Assembly: GCA_963837465.1 (NCBI GenBank)
Contig: CAWINB010000001.1
Span: forward strand, 501,646-565,645
DNA: 64,000 nucleotides
Reading direction: 5' to 3'
From: Candidatus Doudnabacteria bacterium
Lineage (GTDB): Bacteria > Patescibacteriota > Doudnabacteria > UBA920
Position numbers and translations under genes: made by a program. This document shows, piece by piece, positions 1 to 7,340 of the stretch. How positions within the stretch are numbered: the stretch's first letter is position 1; every line of letters starts with the position of its first letter. The notes beneath the pieces were generated by a model that saw only the letters and a program-made list of their open reading frames with translations, was not told where the DNA came from and did no database searches.

Positions 1-2
1 AT

Positions 3-278
3 GAAGCCTTTGGCAAACTCCCCGCAGGAGCTTTAGACGGCTTGCTAAAAGACAAAGTAAAACTAACCGCTGTCCTTAGCTATCATGTTGTAGCCGGAAA
101 ATTAACAGCCAAAGACCTTAATGACGAATCAGCTGCCAAGACTGAGCAGGGTACAAATATAGCCATTACCGAAAAAGGCGGCATGATTCTGATTAACAAT
201 GCCAAAATTTTACAGACGGACATTGAATGCACCAATGGCATAATTCATGTTATTGATACAGTGTTAATGCCGAAATAA
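3..278 (+). CDS. Fasciclin (FAS1) domain protein, N-terminus cut by window edge
   Basis: Reading frame is open back to base 3 (EAFGKLPAGALDGLLKDK...). FAS1 hallmarks are present: LxxxLxYHVVxG near the start and NGIIHVIDTVLMP at the C-terminus. Confidence 0.7.
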   Translation, partial: EAFGKLPAGALDGLLKDKVKLTAVLSYHVVAGKLTAKDLNDESAAKTEQGTNIAITEKGGMILINNAKILQTDIECTNGIIHVIDTVLMPK

Positions 279-302
279 TTTTATAAAAGAAAGGAATTAT
301 CT

Positions 303-548
303 ATGTGGCACAATTATGCAATTTTACCGTTTTCTCCAGGTGTAAGAATTTTGTTGGCTCTTGTAGTAATTTGGAGTTTGATTTGGAAAGGCATCGCCTT
401 GTGGAAAGCTGCCCGTAACTCCCAAACCGCGTGGTATGTCATTTTGCTTATCGTAAATACCGCAGGCATTTTGGAAATAGTATATATTGTTTTCTTTAGC
501 AAAAAGGGTTCTTCCGGTAATCATCAGACACCGCAGACCCTGGTTTAA
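303..548 (+). CDS. small hydrophobic membrane protein, hypothetical
   Basis: 81-aa ORF with two predicted TM helices (LLALVVIWSLIW, VILLIVNTAGILEIVYIVFF). It follows the FAS1 gene on the same strand. Confidence 0.4.
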   Translation: MWHNYAILPFSPGVRILLALVVIWSLIWKGIALWKAARNSQTAWYVILLIVNTAGILEIVYIVFFSKKGSSGNHQTPQTLV

Positions 549-596
549 CAAAATCGCAAAGAAGCCAAATAGAAGCCCAATTAAAAAGGAGAATTT

Positions 597-758
597 ATGA
601 GCAAAGCATTCAAGAAAAAAGTGCTAAAAATGCACCATACGATTAAAGAACTCGGGCACAAAGTTCAAAAAATTAACGAGCCGTTTTTAATGCTGGCTGA
701 ACCACAAAATTTACTTAGCTTGCAATATACCAACCTAAAAACAGATAGTGATGAATAA
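597..758 (+). CDS. small hypothetical protein (53 aa)
   Basis: ATG lies 7 nt after AAAGGAG. The ORF MSKAFKKKVLKMHHTIKELGHKV... was read by hand and is too short to appear in the supplied track. Confidence 0.3.
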   Translation: MSKAFKKKVLKMHHTIKELGHKVQKINEPFLMLAEPQNLLSLQYTNLKTDSDE

Positions 759-799
759 GGCTAGGCTTTTGCATCCGTAAGTATAACTAAATTACATTT

Positions 800-1204
800 A
801 TGAAAGGTTTTAACACAAATATCGAAAAAGGCACTTTGGAAAATAATAATTTCCGCAAAGTTCTATATACTGCCAAACACAGCCAGCTGGTATTAATGTG
901 TTTAAAGCCCCACGAGGAAATCGGCATGGAGGCCCATGAAGACAACGACCAGTTTTTTCGTTTTGAACAGGGGCAGGGCAAATGCGTTATTGACGGAAAC
1001 GAATATACGGTTGCTGACGGTTCAGCCATCATAATTCCAGCCGGAGCCGAGCACAACGTTATTAACACTTCAGAAACACAAGAACTTAAGATGTACACCA
1101 TTTATTCTCCGCCCCATCATAAAGACGGCATCGTGCGTACGACCAAACTAGAGGCTGAAGCAAAGGAAAATGACGAAGATTTTGACGGCGTTACGACTGA
1201 ATAA
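800..1204 (+). CDS. cupin-domain protein
   Basis: Both cupin motifs are recognisable: G(x)5HxH...E (EIGMEAHEDNDQFF) and PAGAEHNVIN. Confidence 0.65.
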   Translation: MKGFNTNIEKGTLENNNFRKVLYTAKHSQLVLMCLKPHEEIGMEAHEDNDQFFRFEQGQGKCVIDGNEYTVADGSAIIIPAGAEHNVINTSETQELKMYTIYSPPHHKDGIVRTTKLEAEAKENDEDFDGVTTE

Positions 1205-1218
1205 GTAATAAAAATTTT

Positions 1219-1458
1219 ATGTATAATATGGATGATAAAGCAGTAAATGAGTTAGCCAAGGGACTGGACAACATTGTCAGAAACGCCAGGACAATAATGG
1301 TAAACCCCGAAGACAACCACAACCGGCTTGAAGATATTATTAGCGTTGCCCAGCTCCAGTTAAAAAATTTGAAATTGGGCAAGTACAGAACAAAGGCAAC
1401 TCAACGTATGGCGAAGCCTCGTTTGGATAAGCCGAATAAAAAATTATGGACGATTTAG
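1219..1458 (+). CDS. hypothetical protein
   Basis: 79-aa ORF in a gene-dense, co-directional stretch. No recognisable motif. Confidence 0.35.
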   Translation: MYNMDDKAVNELAKGLDNIVRNARTIMVNPEDNHNRLEDIISVAQLQLKNLKLGKYRTKATQRMAKPRLDKPNKKLWTI

Positions 1459-1700
1459 GAACAAATTCTTCTGATCAAAAACAAATAGGCCACGCTTATA
1501 CTTGGCTTGGCGATCATGGGCAAGTAAGCTACAAGGAATTACAAAAGCTTGCACAGGCCGGCACTTCAGAATCCTTAGAGCGCTTGCATGGATTGGCGGA
1601 GGATAATAATATTCCTTACGACCAGACTACAGACCCTGTACTGTTGGCCGAGGAAATATATAGCGCAACGGAAGCCGATACCAATACTGGCGTAGAATAA
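1446..1700 (+). CDS. hypothetical protein
   Basis: 84-aa ORF that overlaps the previous ORF by 13 nt. No recognisable motif. Confidence 0.35.
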   Translation: MDDLGTNSSDQKQIGHAYTWLGDHGQVSYKELQKLAQAGTSESLERLHGLAEDNNIPYDQTTDPVLLAEEIYSATEADTNTGVE

Positions 1701-1747
1701 AAATTTATCATGTCCTTATAACCCGAAACCATTATTTTTCAAACAAT

Positions 1748-1786
1748 ACTCCTTAGAAATCTGAGCTTTCTAAGGAGTTATAGATT
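1748..1786. terminator. intrinsic terminator-like hairpin between convergent genes
   Basis: ACTCCTTAGAAA-tctgagc-TTTCTAAGGAGT forms a 12-bp stem. It is followed by T-rich sequence and sits between the + strand gene ending at 1700 and the - strand gene ending at 1865. Confidence 0.5.
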
Positions 1787-1864
1787 TGGCAAAATAAAAA
1801 CTCCTCATCCGAAGACTGATGAAGTCAGACTATATTATAGGAGCCTCTGTATGCAATAAATAAA

Positions 1865-2236
1865 TTAATAACGATTTTTAAATTTATTTAAAATAAGGCC
1901 CGTCAGCCAATAGCAAAGGCGGTAAACTACTGAGCAAATTAAGTCAAAGTATGGATTAAACAAAACTTCCAGACCGTTCACTGTTATAATGATTGCTAAA
2001 ATTCCAAAATAAAATATGTGGTACAACAAACTCCCCAGCGTACCAGTCTCCCCAAGCATAGCTTTAACGGAAGCTATAATTAAGAAAACAAACAGGATCC
2101 CAAATGAATAAGGTAAGTAATGCAACACTGTGGGCATAGCAGCGGCAACGACCGAGCGAAGAAAAGCAATTGAATCCTCGGTAGTGGAAGCTTCAATTTG
2201 CTGGAAAAAGGTTGCTGGAAAAAAAGCTTGTGCCAT
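1865..2236 (-). CDS. hypothetical membrane protein
   Basis: 123-aa ORF with several hydrophobic helices (ILFVFLIIASV, FGILAIIITV). Confidence 0.4.
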   Translation of the reverse strand: MAQAFFPATFFQQIEASTTEDSIAFLRSVVAAAMPTVLHYLPYSFGILFVFLIIASVKAMLGETGTLGSLLYHIFYFGILAIIITVNGLEVLFNPYFDLICSVVYRLCYWLTGLILNKFKNRY

Positions 2237-2242
2237 ACTCAG

Positions 2243-3052
2243 CTAAATCTTTTTAAATTGTGGGTCGCCAGCTAACTCAATTGGATAATGGTTACAAATT
2301 GAGGGCAACTTGTAACTCAACTGAACATGCGGGGTAAGGGTCAGCTGGTTTCCATCGTAAGATAAATATACCAGTCGATTTTGGATCCGGCTCCAGCCGG
2401 TAATAAGGTCAACGGCAATACCGACTGCGCTAGACGCTAAAATACCGTTTGGCCAGATGACTTGTGGTCGATGGCCAGCGACGCCATATTTGCTAGCCTC
2501 TAAAGCTAAATTATCTTCGGTTATAAATCCAAAACATTTCATACAAAGACTGTCCGGCATAGATAAAATAACCTGCCCTACCATCCGCGGAGGTTGGTCT
2601 TTGACTTGGAAAACGTCCATGCCGATATCAATATAAGGAATAAAATAACGGCGAGCGCAATTCTCCAACTCATCACGTTCTTTGAAGGAGTCAACGCAGC
2701 CAAAAATAATATCACATTTGCGCAATAACTCCGGAGCTTCCTGCCACCGATTGACGATTGTCTGAATTTTAGCTGCCGGCTGAAGTCCTAATATTAGCCG
2801 CTGTGCGATGACAATCTTTAATGCGTTATTATCTACGTCTGCCTTGGTTGCGCCTACTGTCCGGTTTAAATTTGACTCATCAATGGTTTGAGGGTCACAT
2901 AAGACATAATTCAAAAAACCAATGTGGGCCAATTGTTGGACAATGTGGGAGCCGCCTCCGCCCAAACCTATTATGCCAACCGTAGTAGCCGCTATAATTT
3001 CTTCTAACCGCGCGCCGAGAAACGACTGGCGGGAGTACCTGTCTTTAGACAT
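2243..3052 (-). CDS. E1-like ThiF/MoeB-family activating enzyme (BilD-like)
   Basis: RYSRQ start motif, so the start is placed at MSKDRYSRQ (3052) rather than the track's upstream Met. A Rossmann GLGGGGS loop and a CxxC (CMKC) are present. It is the last gene of the Ubl-E2-JAB-E1 operon. Confidence 0.75.
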   Translation of the reverse strand: MSKDRYSRQSFLGARLEEIIAATTVGIIGLGGGGSHIVQQLAHIGFLNYVLCDPQTIDESNLNRTVGATKADVDNNALKIVIAQRLILGLQPAAKIQTIVNRWQEAPELLRKCDIIFGCVDSFKERDELENCARRYFIPYIDIGMDVFQVKDQPPRMVGQVILSMPDSLCMKCFGFITEDNLALEASKYGVAGHRPQVIWPNGILASSAVGIAVDLITGWSRIQNRLVYLSYDGNQLTLTPHVQLSYKLPSICNHYPIELAGDPQFKKI

Positions 3053-3545
3053 ATGAAATTGAAGGATAGCCAATAATTGATATTTTACTAACCAAAACTG
3101 ACATGTGGCTGCCTGGAAACCAGGCATGACACAGTACATTATTGGAGCTTAATAACATTAATCCATGTGGTGCGTCGGGGCCAACCACTTGGAAACTGGG
3201 TATTAACGGGAGAATCCCGGCGATGTCAGTACCGCTGGGTTGTGGTTTACCAAAACCTGGGTGTAGGTGGACATGGAAGGCGCAAGCTCCTGTGTCCAAA
3301 ATTTTTTGCATTACCGCACGTATTGCCGCCGTGTTAATATGTGCGCCAACGGTGTTGTCAAACACATAATTTTTATCCGGAACCGGCCAATATTCGGTAA
3401 ATAATAAAAATTTTTCATCAGGGGAGACGGTGCCGATGCGGGCAAAGGCAAAACCAACCCGTTCGTGTGCAATTGGGTGCGGCCTTTGTAGATCCATTAG
3501 CATCTTATTGTACAGCGGCGCTGTTAATTTTGCCCTAACTATCAT
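3045..3545 (-). CDS. JAB/MPN (JAMM) metallopeptidase (BilC-like)
   Basis: JAMM motif elements are present: E (HERVGF), HVHLH, and SGTD. An ATGA start/stop overlap joins it to the upstream gene. Confidence 0.75.
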   Translation of the reverse strand: MIVRAKLTAPLYNKMLMDLQRPHPIAHERVGFAFARIGTVSPDEKFLLFTEYWPVPDKNYVFDNTVGAHINTAAIRAVMQKILDTGACAFHVHLHPGFGKPQPSGTDIAGILPLIPSFQVVGPDAPHGLMLLSSNNVLCHAWFPGSHMSVLVSKISIIGYPSISYV

Positions 3546-3892
3546 GAATGAGGAGTTAAATGATCTGAGAGTATTTGGGCTAGGCGTAGATTCTCCTGCC
3601 TTGTCTTCCAGGAAATTGCATGCCAGTTTTTTTCTAAGATTCTTACCCCATCAGCGTTCCAATTCGGGTTTTGTAGTCCCGGAAATCTGACTTTTTGGGA
3701 GAAGAATATTCTAGATAAGTAGCCGTCACGGGGCTCAGGGCAAAGTAAAGCGTCTACGGTATCCGGCGTAGACCCTTCACAAAGCTTTAGCTGCTGTAGT
3801 AGGATGTAAGTAAGGCCACCTTCTTCCGCTATGGATAAGGTGGAACAGAATGGCTTCAACTCTTCGAGTTGGTCGGTTGGTAAATTGCGCAT
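3542..3892 (-). CDS. E2-like (UBC-fold-like) protein, non-canonical (BilB-like)
   Basis: Its position between the Ubl and JAB genes matches the Bil/6E gene order. FPGLQNPNWNADGVRIL resembles the HPN-x-G-x-IC flap of UBC enzymes, but the canonical Cys position holds Arg. Confidence 0.45.
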   Translation of the reverse strand: MRNLPTDQLEELKPFCSTLSIAEEGGLTYILLQQLKLCEGSTPDTVDALLCPEPRDGYLSRIFFSQKVRFPGLQNPNWNADGVRILEKNWHAISWKTRQENLRLAQILSDHLTPHS

Positions 3893-3896
3893 AGGT

Positions 3897-4151
3897 TTAG
3901 GAAGATGAACTGCCTTTAGGGTGACTTATAAAAATTTCCCCACCTTTGATGTCGACCGTACCATCATCAGGCAATAACTTTAACTTGCCGTCGATGTTTT
4001 CCAGCAAGTCATCGGCCAGGGGGACGTGGCCGAGCTCTTTCAGTCCTTCCACTTTGTGTGGACCGCGACGGACGCGATAGTCTGTCCCATTAATTTTAAT
4101 TTCCACTAACTCTGGTTTGGGCTCAAGCCCGTTGTCTGTTTCTTGGGTCAT
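3897..4151 (-). CDS. small ubiquitin-like beta-grasp protein (BilA-like), C-terminal G followed by an SSSS tail
   Basis: 84 aa with a ThiS/MoaD-like beta-grasp pattern (VEIKINGTDYRVRRG). It is the first gene of the operon and ends ...HPKGSSSS. Confidence 0.5.
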   Translation of the reverse strand: MTQETDNGLEPKPELVEIKINGTDYRVRRGPHKVEGLKELGHVPLADDLLENIDGKLKLLPDDGTVDIKGGEIFISHPKGSSSS

Positions 4152-4167
4152 ATTTATCCCAGTGCTC

Positions 4168-4235
4168 CTAAATATTTAGTTATAAGGGTGGGAGCGACGC
4201 CGATATATACTTATTTTACTAGTGGGACTTTAAAA
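4168..4235. promoter_or_regulatory. candidate operator palindromes in the divergent intergenic region
   Basis: CTAAATATTTAG is a perfect 12-bp palindrome and GACTTT-aa-AAAGTC an inverted repeat. Both lie between the divergently transcribed Ubl operon and the XRE gene. Confidence 0.35.
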
Positions 4236-4327
4236 AGTCAATAATAACTATGTCAACTACATAAACATAGTAAATAGAGGCCTTTTGCTGTGCCTGTAAC
4301 AAGTTATCCACAGATACGTTTATATAA

Positions 4328-4355
4328 TTGACTCCCCTTGTTAAAATGTTATAAT
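4328..4355 (+). promoter_or_regulatory. sigma70-like promoter for the XRE/ImmA genes
   Basis: TTGACT, a 16-nt spacer, then TGtTATAAT (extended -10). It lies about 10 nt upstream of the 4364 start. Confidence 0.45.
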
Positions 4356-4363
4356 AAAATTAC

Positions 4364-4729
4364 ATGATTCTTGAAGAAAAGCTTTACGAAATTATTGGAG
4401 AACGGCTCGCAGCACGGCGCAAGGAAATTAACATGACCCAAGATGCCATTGCCGAAGCAGTTGAACTAGAGCGCACCTCCATCACCAATATTGAAGCGGG
4501 CAGGCAAAAGGCTCCTTTGAGCTTGTTGTATAGACTTTGTGCTGCTCTGAAGGTTGACCCTCTTACAATTTTGCCCACAAACAAGGAAGTGGCGGATGAC
4601 CGCACCGTGACTTTTGGCGTTGGCGAAAAAAAGGAGGAGATCCCGGTTAGCGTCAGTGGCATAAATGCGGATATCTCTGATCAGATGCATAAAAATATAG
4701 GACAACTTTTGGATAAAATTAATAAATAG
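4364..4729 (+). CDS. XRE-family helix-turn-helix transcriptional regulator
   Basis: HTH_XRE pattern INMTQDAIAEAVELERTSITNIEAGRQKAPLSLLYRLCAAL. Confidence 0.8.
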   Translation: MILEEKLYEIIGERLAARRKEINMTQDAIAEAVELERTSITNIEAGRQKAPLSLLYRLCAALKVDPLTILPTNKEVADDRTVTFGVGEKKEEIPVSVSGINADISDQMHKNIGQLLDKINK

Positions 4730-4736
4730 AAAAAAT

Positions 4737-5258
4737 ATGTCTATCAGAGCAAAGCAAATGGCAAAAAAAATTCTTGCGGAATCTAACAGCAAAGCGCCGG
4801 TGGATGTTGAAGCCTTGGCTAAAACTCATGGCATTCCGGTAGAGCAACAGGCTTATGACGACGAAGTATCAGGAATGTTAGTCGTAAAAGACGGTAAAGC
4901 TATTATTAGTATCAATAAAAAGCATTCTGATAATCGAAAACGTTTTTCAATCGCTCACGAGCTCGGACATTATTTTTTACATAAAAATTTAGCTAATGTT
5001 TTTGTAGATAAATCAATAGTTTTTTTGCGTGATAAAAAGGCTTCTGACGGGACGCAATTACAAGAAATTGAAGCAAATGTTTTTGCTGCAGAGCTGTTAA
5101 TGCCGGAAAGTGATTTACGAGCAAAGGTTAAAAAGAACCCTTTAGATTTAGAAAATCCAAAAGATTTTAAAAAATTAGAGAGTATTGCCAAAAAATTTAA
5201 AGTTAGCTCTCAGGCGCTCACGATTCGTTTAACCCGGCTCGGCTTAGTTACAGCCTAG
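4737..5258 (+). CDS. ImmA/IrrE-family zinc metallopeptidase
   Basis: HEXXH motif (IAHELGHYFLH). It lies immediately downstream of the XRE gene, the classical ImmR/ImmA or CapH/CapP arrangement. Confidence 0.8.
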   Translation: MSIRAKQMAKKILAESNSKAPVDVEALAKTHGIPVEQQAYDDEVSGMLVVKDGKAIISINKKHSDNRKRFSIAHELGHYFLHKNLANVFVDKSIVFLRDKKASDGTQLQEIEANVFAAELLMPESDLRAKVKKNPLDLENPKDFKKLESIAKKFKVSSQALTIRLTRLGLVTA

Positions 5259-5539
5259 TTTTTGACATAAGCGCTTGCTGAGGTGTATAATAATTTTATC
5301 TAATAGTGTACGGGATGAGTTTGGGGGTTAATCAGGTCGATCTTTAGCCACAAACTCTAGCACCCTTACTGCTTCAACTACGAAAGAAATAATAAAAAAT
5401 AAAATATCTATTAACGAAATAAGTTAATGGTCATATAACAACCTAAATAAAATCCTTCCCCATCTTAGATGGAAGGTGTTTTTGATTTGTAATCAAACTC
5501 CATAATAAAATATAAAATATTCAACTAACTTAAACTAAT

Positions 5540-6892
5540 ATGTCAAAACTTAATAATGTGACAGATAAAATCGCGGTGGAATACGTGGCGCTTAGTTCAT
5601 TGCGCTCACCTGAGATTAACCCTCGTCAGTGGACAAAAGAAGCAACTGCCCAGTTGGAAGAAAGTATAACTTCGTTTGGCGTGATTGATCCATTGTTAGT
5701 AAATAGCGCCCCAAAGCGCAAAGGTGTCATTATTGGCGGCAATTTCCGGGCTAAAGTTGCAAAAAAGCTTGGCATTAAAGAAGTGCCGGTAGTGTGGATT
5801 AATATTCCTGATTTGAAAAGGGAAACCGAGCTTTTGCTGAGAATGAATCGTAACGTCGGGGACTGGTCCTACTCCCTGTTGGCGGAGTTTGACCCGGATC
5901 TTCTTAAAAGTGTCGGTTTTTCTAGTGTGGAGATGGATAATATTTTTGCTATAGACGATACCCCGGAACAGTTCGACCTTCAGAAGGAATTGGCCAAGCT
6001 CGATATAAAAAAGGTTACTATTAAAAAGGGCGAGATTTATGAAATCGCCGGGTGCCGGTGCATGTGCGGCGATTCAACTGTGGAGAGCGACGTGTTAAAA
6101 CTTTACGGCAAGGAGCGTGCCGATTTAATTTTAACGGACCCTCCTTACCGACTTTCCTATCTAAAAGCCGGTAAGCGCGGAGGTAAACCAGTTGAAGGCT
6201 TTGGAGCTAAAAAGAACCGCAAATATTTGGAAACCGACGAATTACCCGCCGATTTTACCGAACGCTGGATGTCTAATATGGCAAAAGTAGTCAAAAAGGA
6301 TTTCCAGATTATTTGCTATGAAAACTGGAAGAACATTCGGGAAATTTGGAACTGTATGGAGCAGCAGGGATGGAAAGTCAAAAATATGCTGGTCTGGCAT
6401 GTGCCTACAAGGAATCAGGGTTTTGCGGGCAAGCATAAGTTCTTTTCCAAGCACGATATCGCAATTGTAGGGGCTGCTGATAAGTTAAAATTCAACTTTG
6501 AGAAAGAGGCGGGCGAACTGCAAAATGATTATGAGACGGCGTTGTATGCTATTTCGGGAAAACCGTTTTGGGAATCTTACCAGAAAGGTAAGAAATACTG
6601 CCCAACCGATTTCCTGGAATTCAACGCCGCGGATAAAAAATCATCAGGGCAGGCCATCATATTCGGAGTTAAACCGGTGGAAATTTTACTTCCTTATGCC
6701 AAAGTGTTATCCCAAAGAGGCGACATTATTGCCGAACCTTTCGGCGGTAGCGGTTCTACGGCCGCAACCGCCATTCGGCTACACCGCCGCTGTTTTTTGA
6801 TGGAAAAATCCCCAGTGTACCTTTCAGTCATATTGAACCGGCTAGAAAGATTAAGCGGGCAGAAAGCGCAGAGGGTCTATGCAGAAAAGTAA
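5540..6892 (+). CDS. ParB-like nuclease domain fused to a DNA N6/N4 methyltransferase
   Basis: N-terminal ParB motif (IIGGNFRAKVAKKLG), DPPY catalytic motif (LILTDPPYRL) and C-terminal EPFGGSGSTAATA SAM motif. Confidence 0.85.
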   Translation: MSKLNNVTDKIAVEYVALSSLRSPEINPRQWTKEATAQLEESITSFGVIDPLLVNSAPKRKGVIIGGNFRAKVAKKLGIKEVPVVWINIPDLKRETELLLRMNRNVGDWSYSLLAEFDPDLLKSVGFSSVEMDNIFAIDDTPEQFDLQKELAKLDIKKVTIKKGEIYEIAGCRCMCGDSTVESDVLKLYGKERADLILTDPPYRLSYLKAGKRGGKPVEGFGAKKNRKYLETDELPADFTERWMSNMAKVVKKDFQIICYENWKNIREIWNCMEQQGWKVKNMLVWHVPTRNQGFAGKHKFFSKHDIAIVGAADKLKFNFEKEAGELQNDYETALYAISGKPFWESYQKGKKYCPTDFLEFNAADKKSSGQAIIFGVKPVEILLPYAKVLSQRGDIIAEPFGGSGSTAATAIRLHRRCFLMEKSPVYLSVILNRLERLSGQKAQRVYAEK

Positions 6893-7328
6893 AAGGCAGG
6901 AAACAATCATCAAACGCCAGGCCAGGGAAAAATCCGCACTGTTGGAAAAATTTCGGCGCATGCCTATCTTACAGATTGCTTTGGATCAGACCAGAGTCAG
7001 CCGAAGCACCTATTATAGGTGGCTCGATGAAGACGAGCAGTTTAAAACTAATGCCGCAGAATCGATCGCTGAAGGCGAGCAGTTTATAACCGAGCTCAGT
7101 GAATCAAAATTATTGTCGCTAATAAACAAGGAACATTTTCCGGCCATACATTTGTGGCTCCGCTCACATCATTCTAAATATGCCAACAAGCTGGAACTGT
7201 CGGGAAGCATCAAACAACCTCGGGACGAAATGAATGAGGAAGAGTTCGGCATGTTCGCTCAGGCTCATAGTTTGTCCGGCTTTTCGCTGCCGCCGGATTT
7301 TGAAATAAAAAATAAAAAATTAAATTAA
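6879..7328 (+). CDS. terminase small-subunit-like HTH protein
   Basis: The HTH signature TRVSRSTYYRWL is typical of phage TerS-type proteins. It sits between the ParB-MTase and TerL-like genes. Confidence 0.55.
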   Translation: MQKSKRQETIIKRQAREKSALLEKFRRMPILQIALDQTRVSRSTYYRWLDEDEQFKTNAAESIAEGEQFITELSESKLLSLINKEHFPAIHLWLRSHHSKYANKLELSGSIKQPRDEMNEEEFGMFAQAHSLSGFSLPPDFEIKNKKLN

Positions 7329-7340
7329 GTCTGTAACCAT

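Noticed and set aside
314-551. Minus-strand ORFs 314-502 and 324-551
   Set aside because: They lie antisense to the small membrane protein ORF and have no independent support.
2243-3139. Track start of the E1 gene at 3139, which overlaps the JAB gene by 95 nt
   Set aside because: An internal Met immediately followed by the ThiF-diagnostic RYSRQ motif gives a non-overlapping start at 3052.
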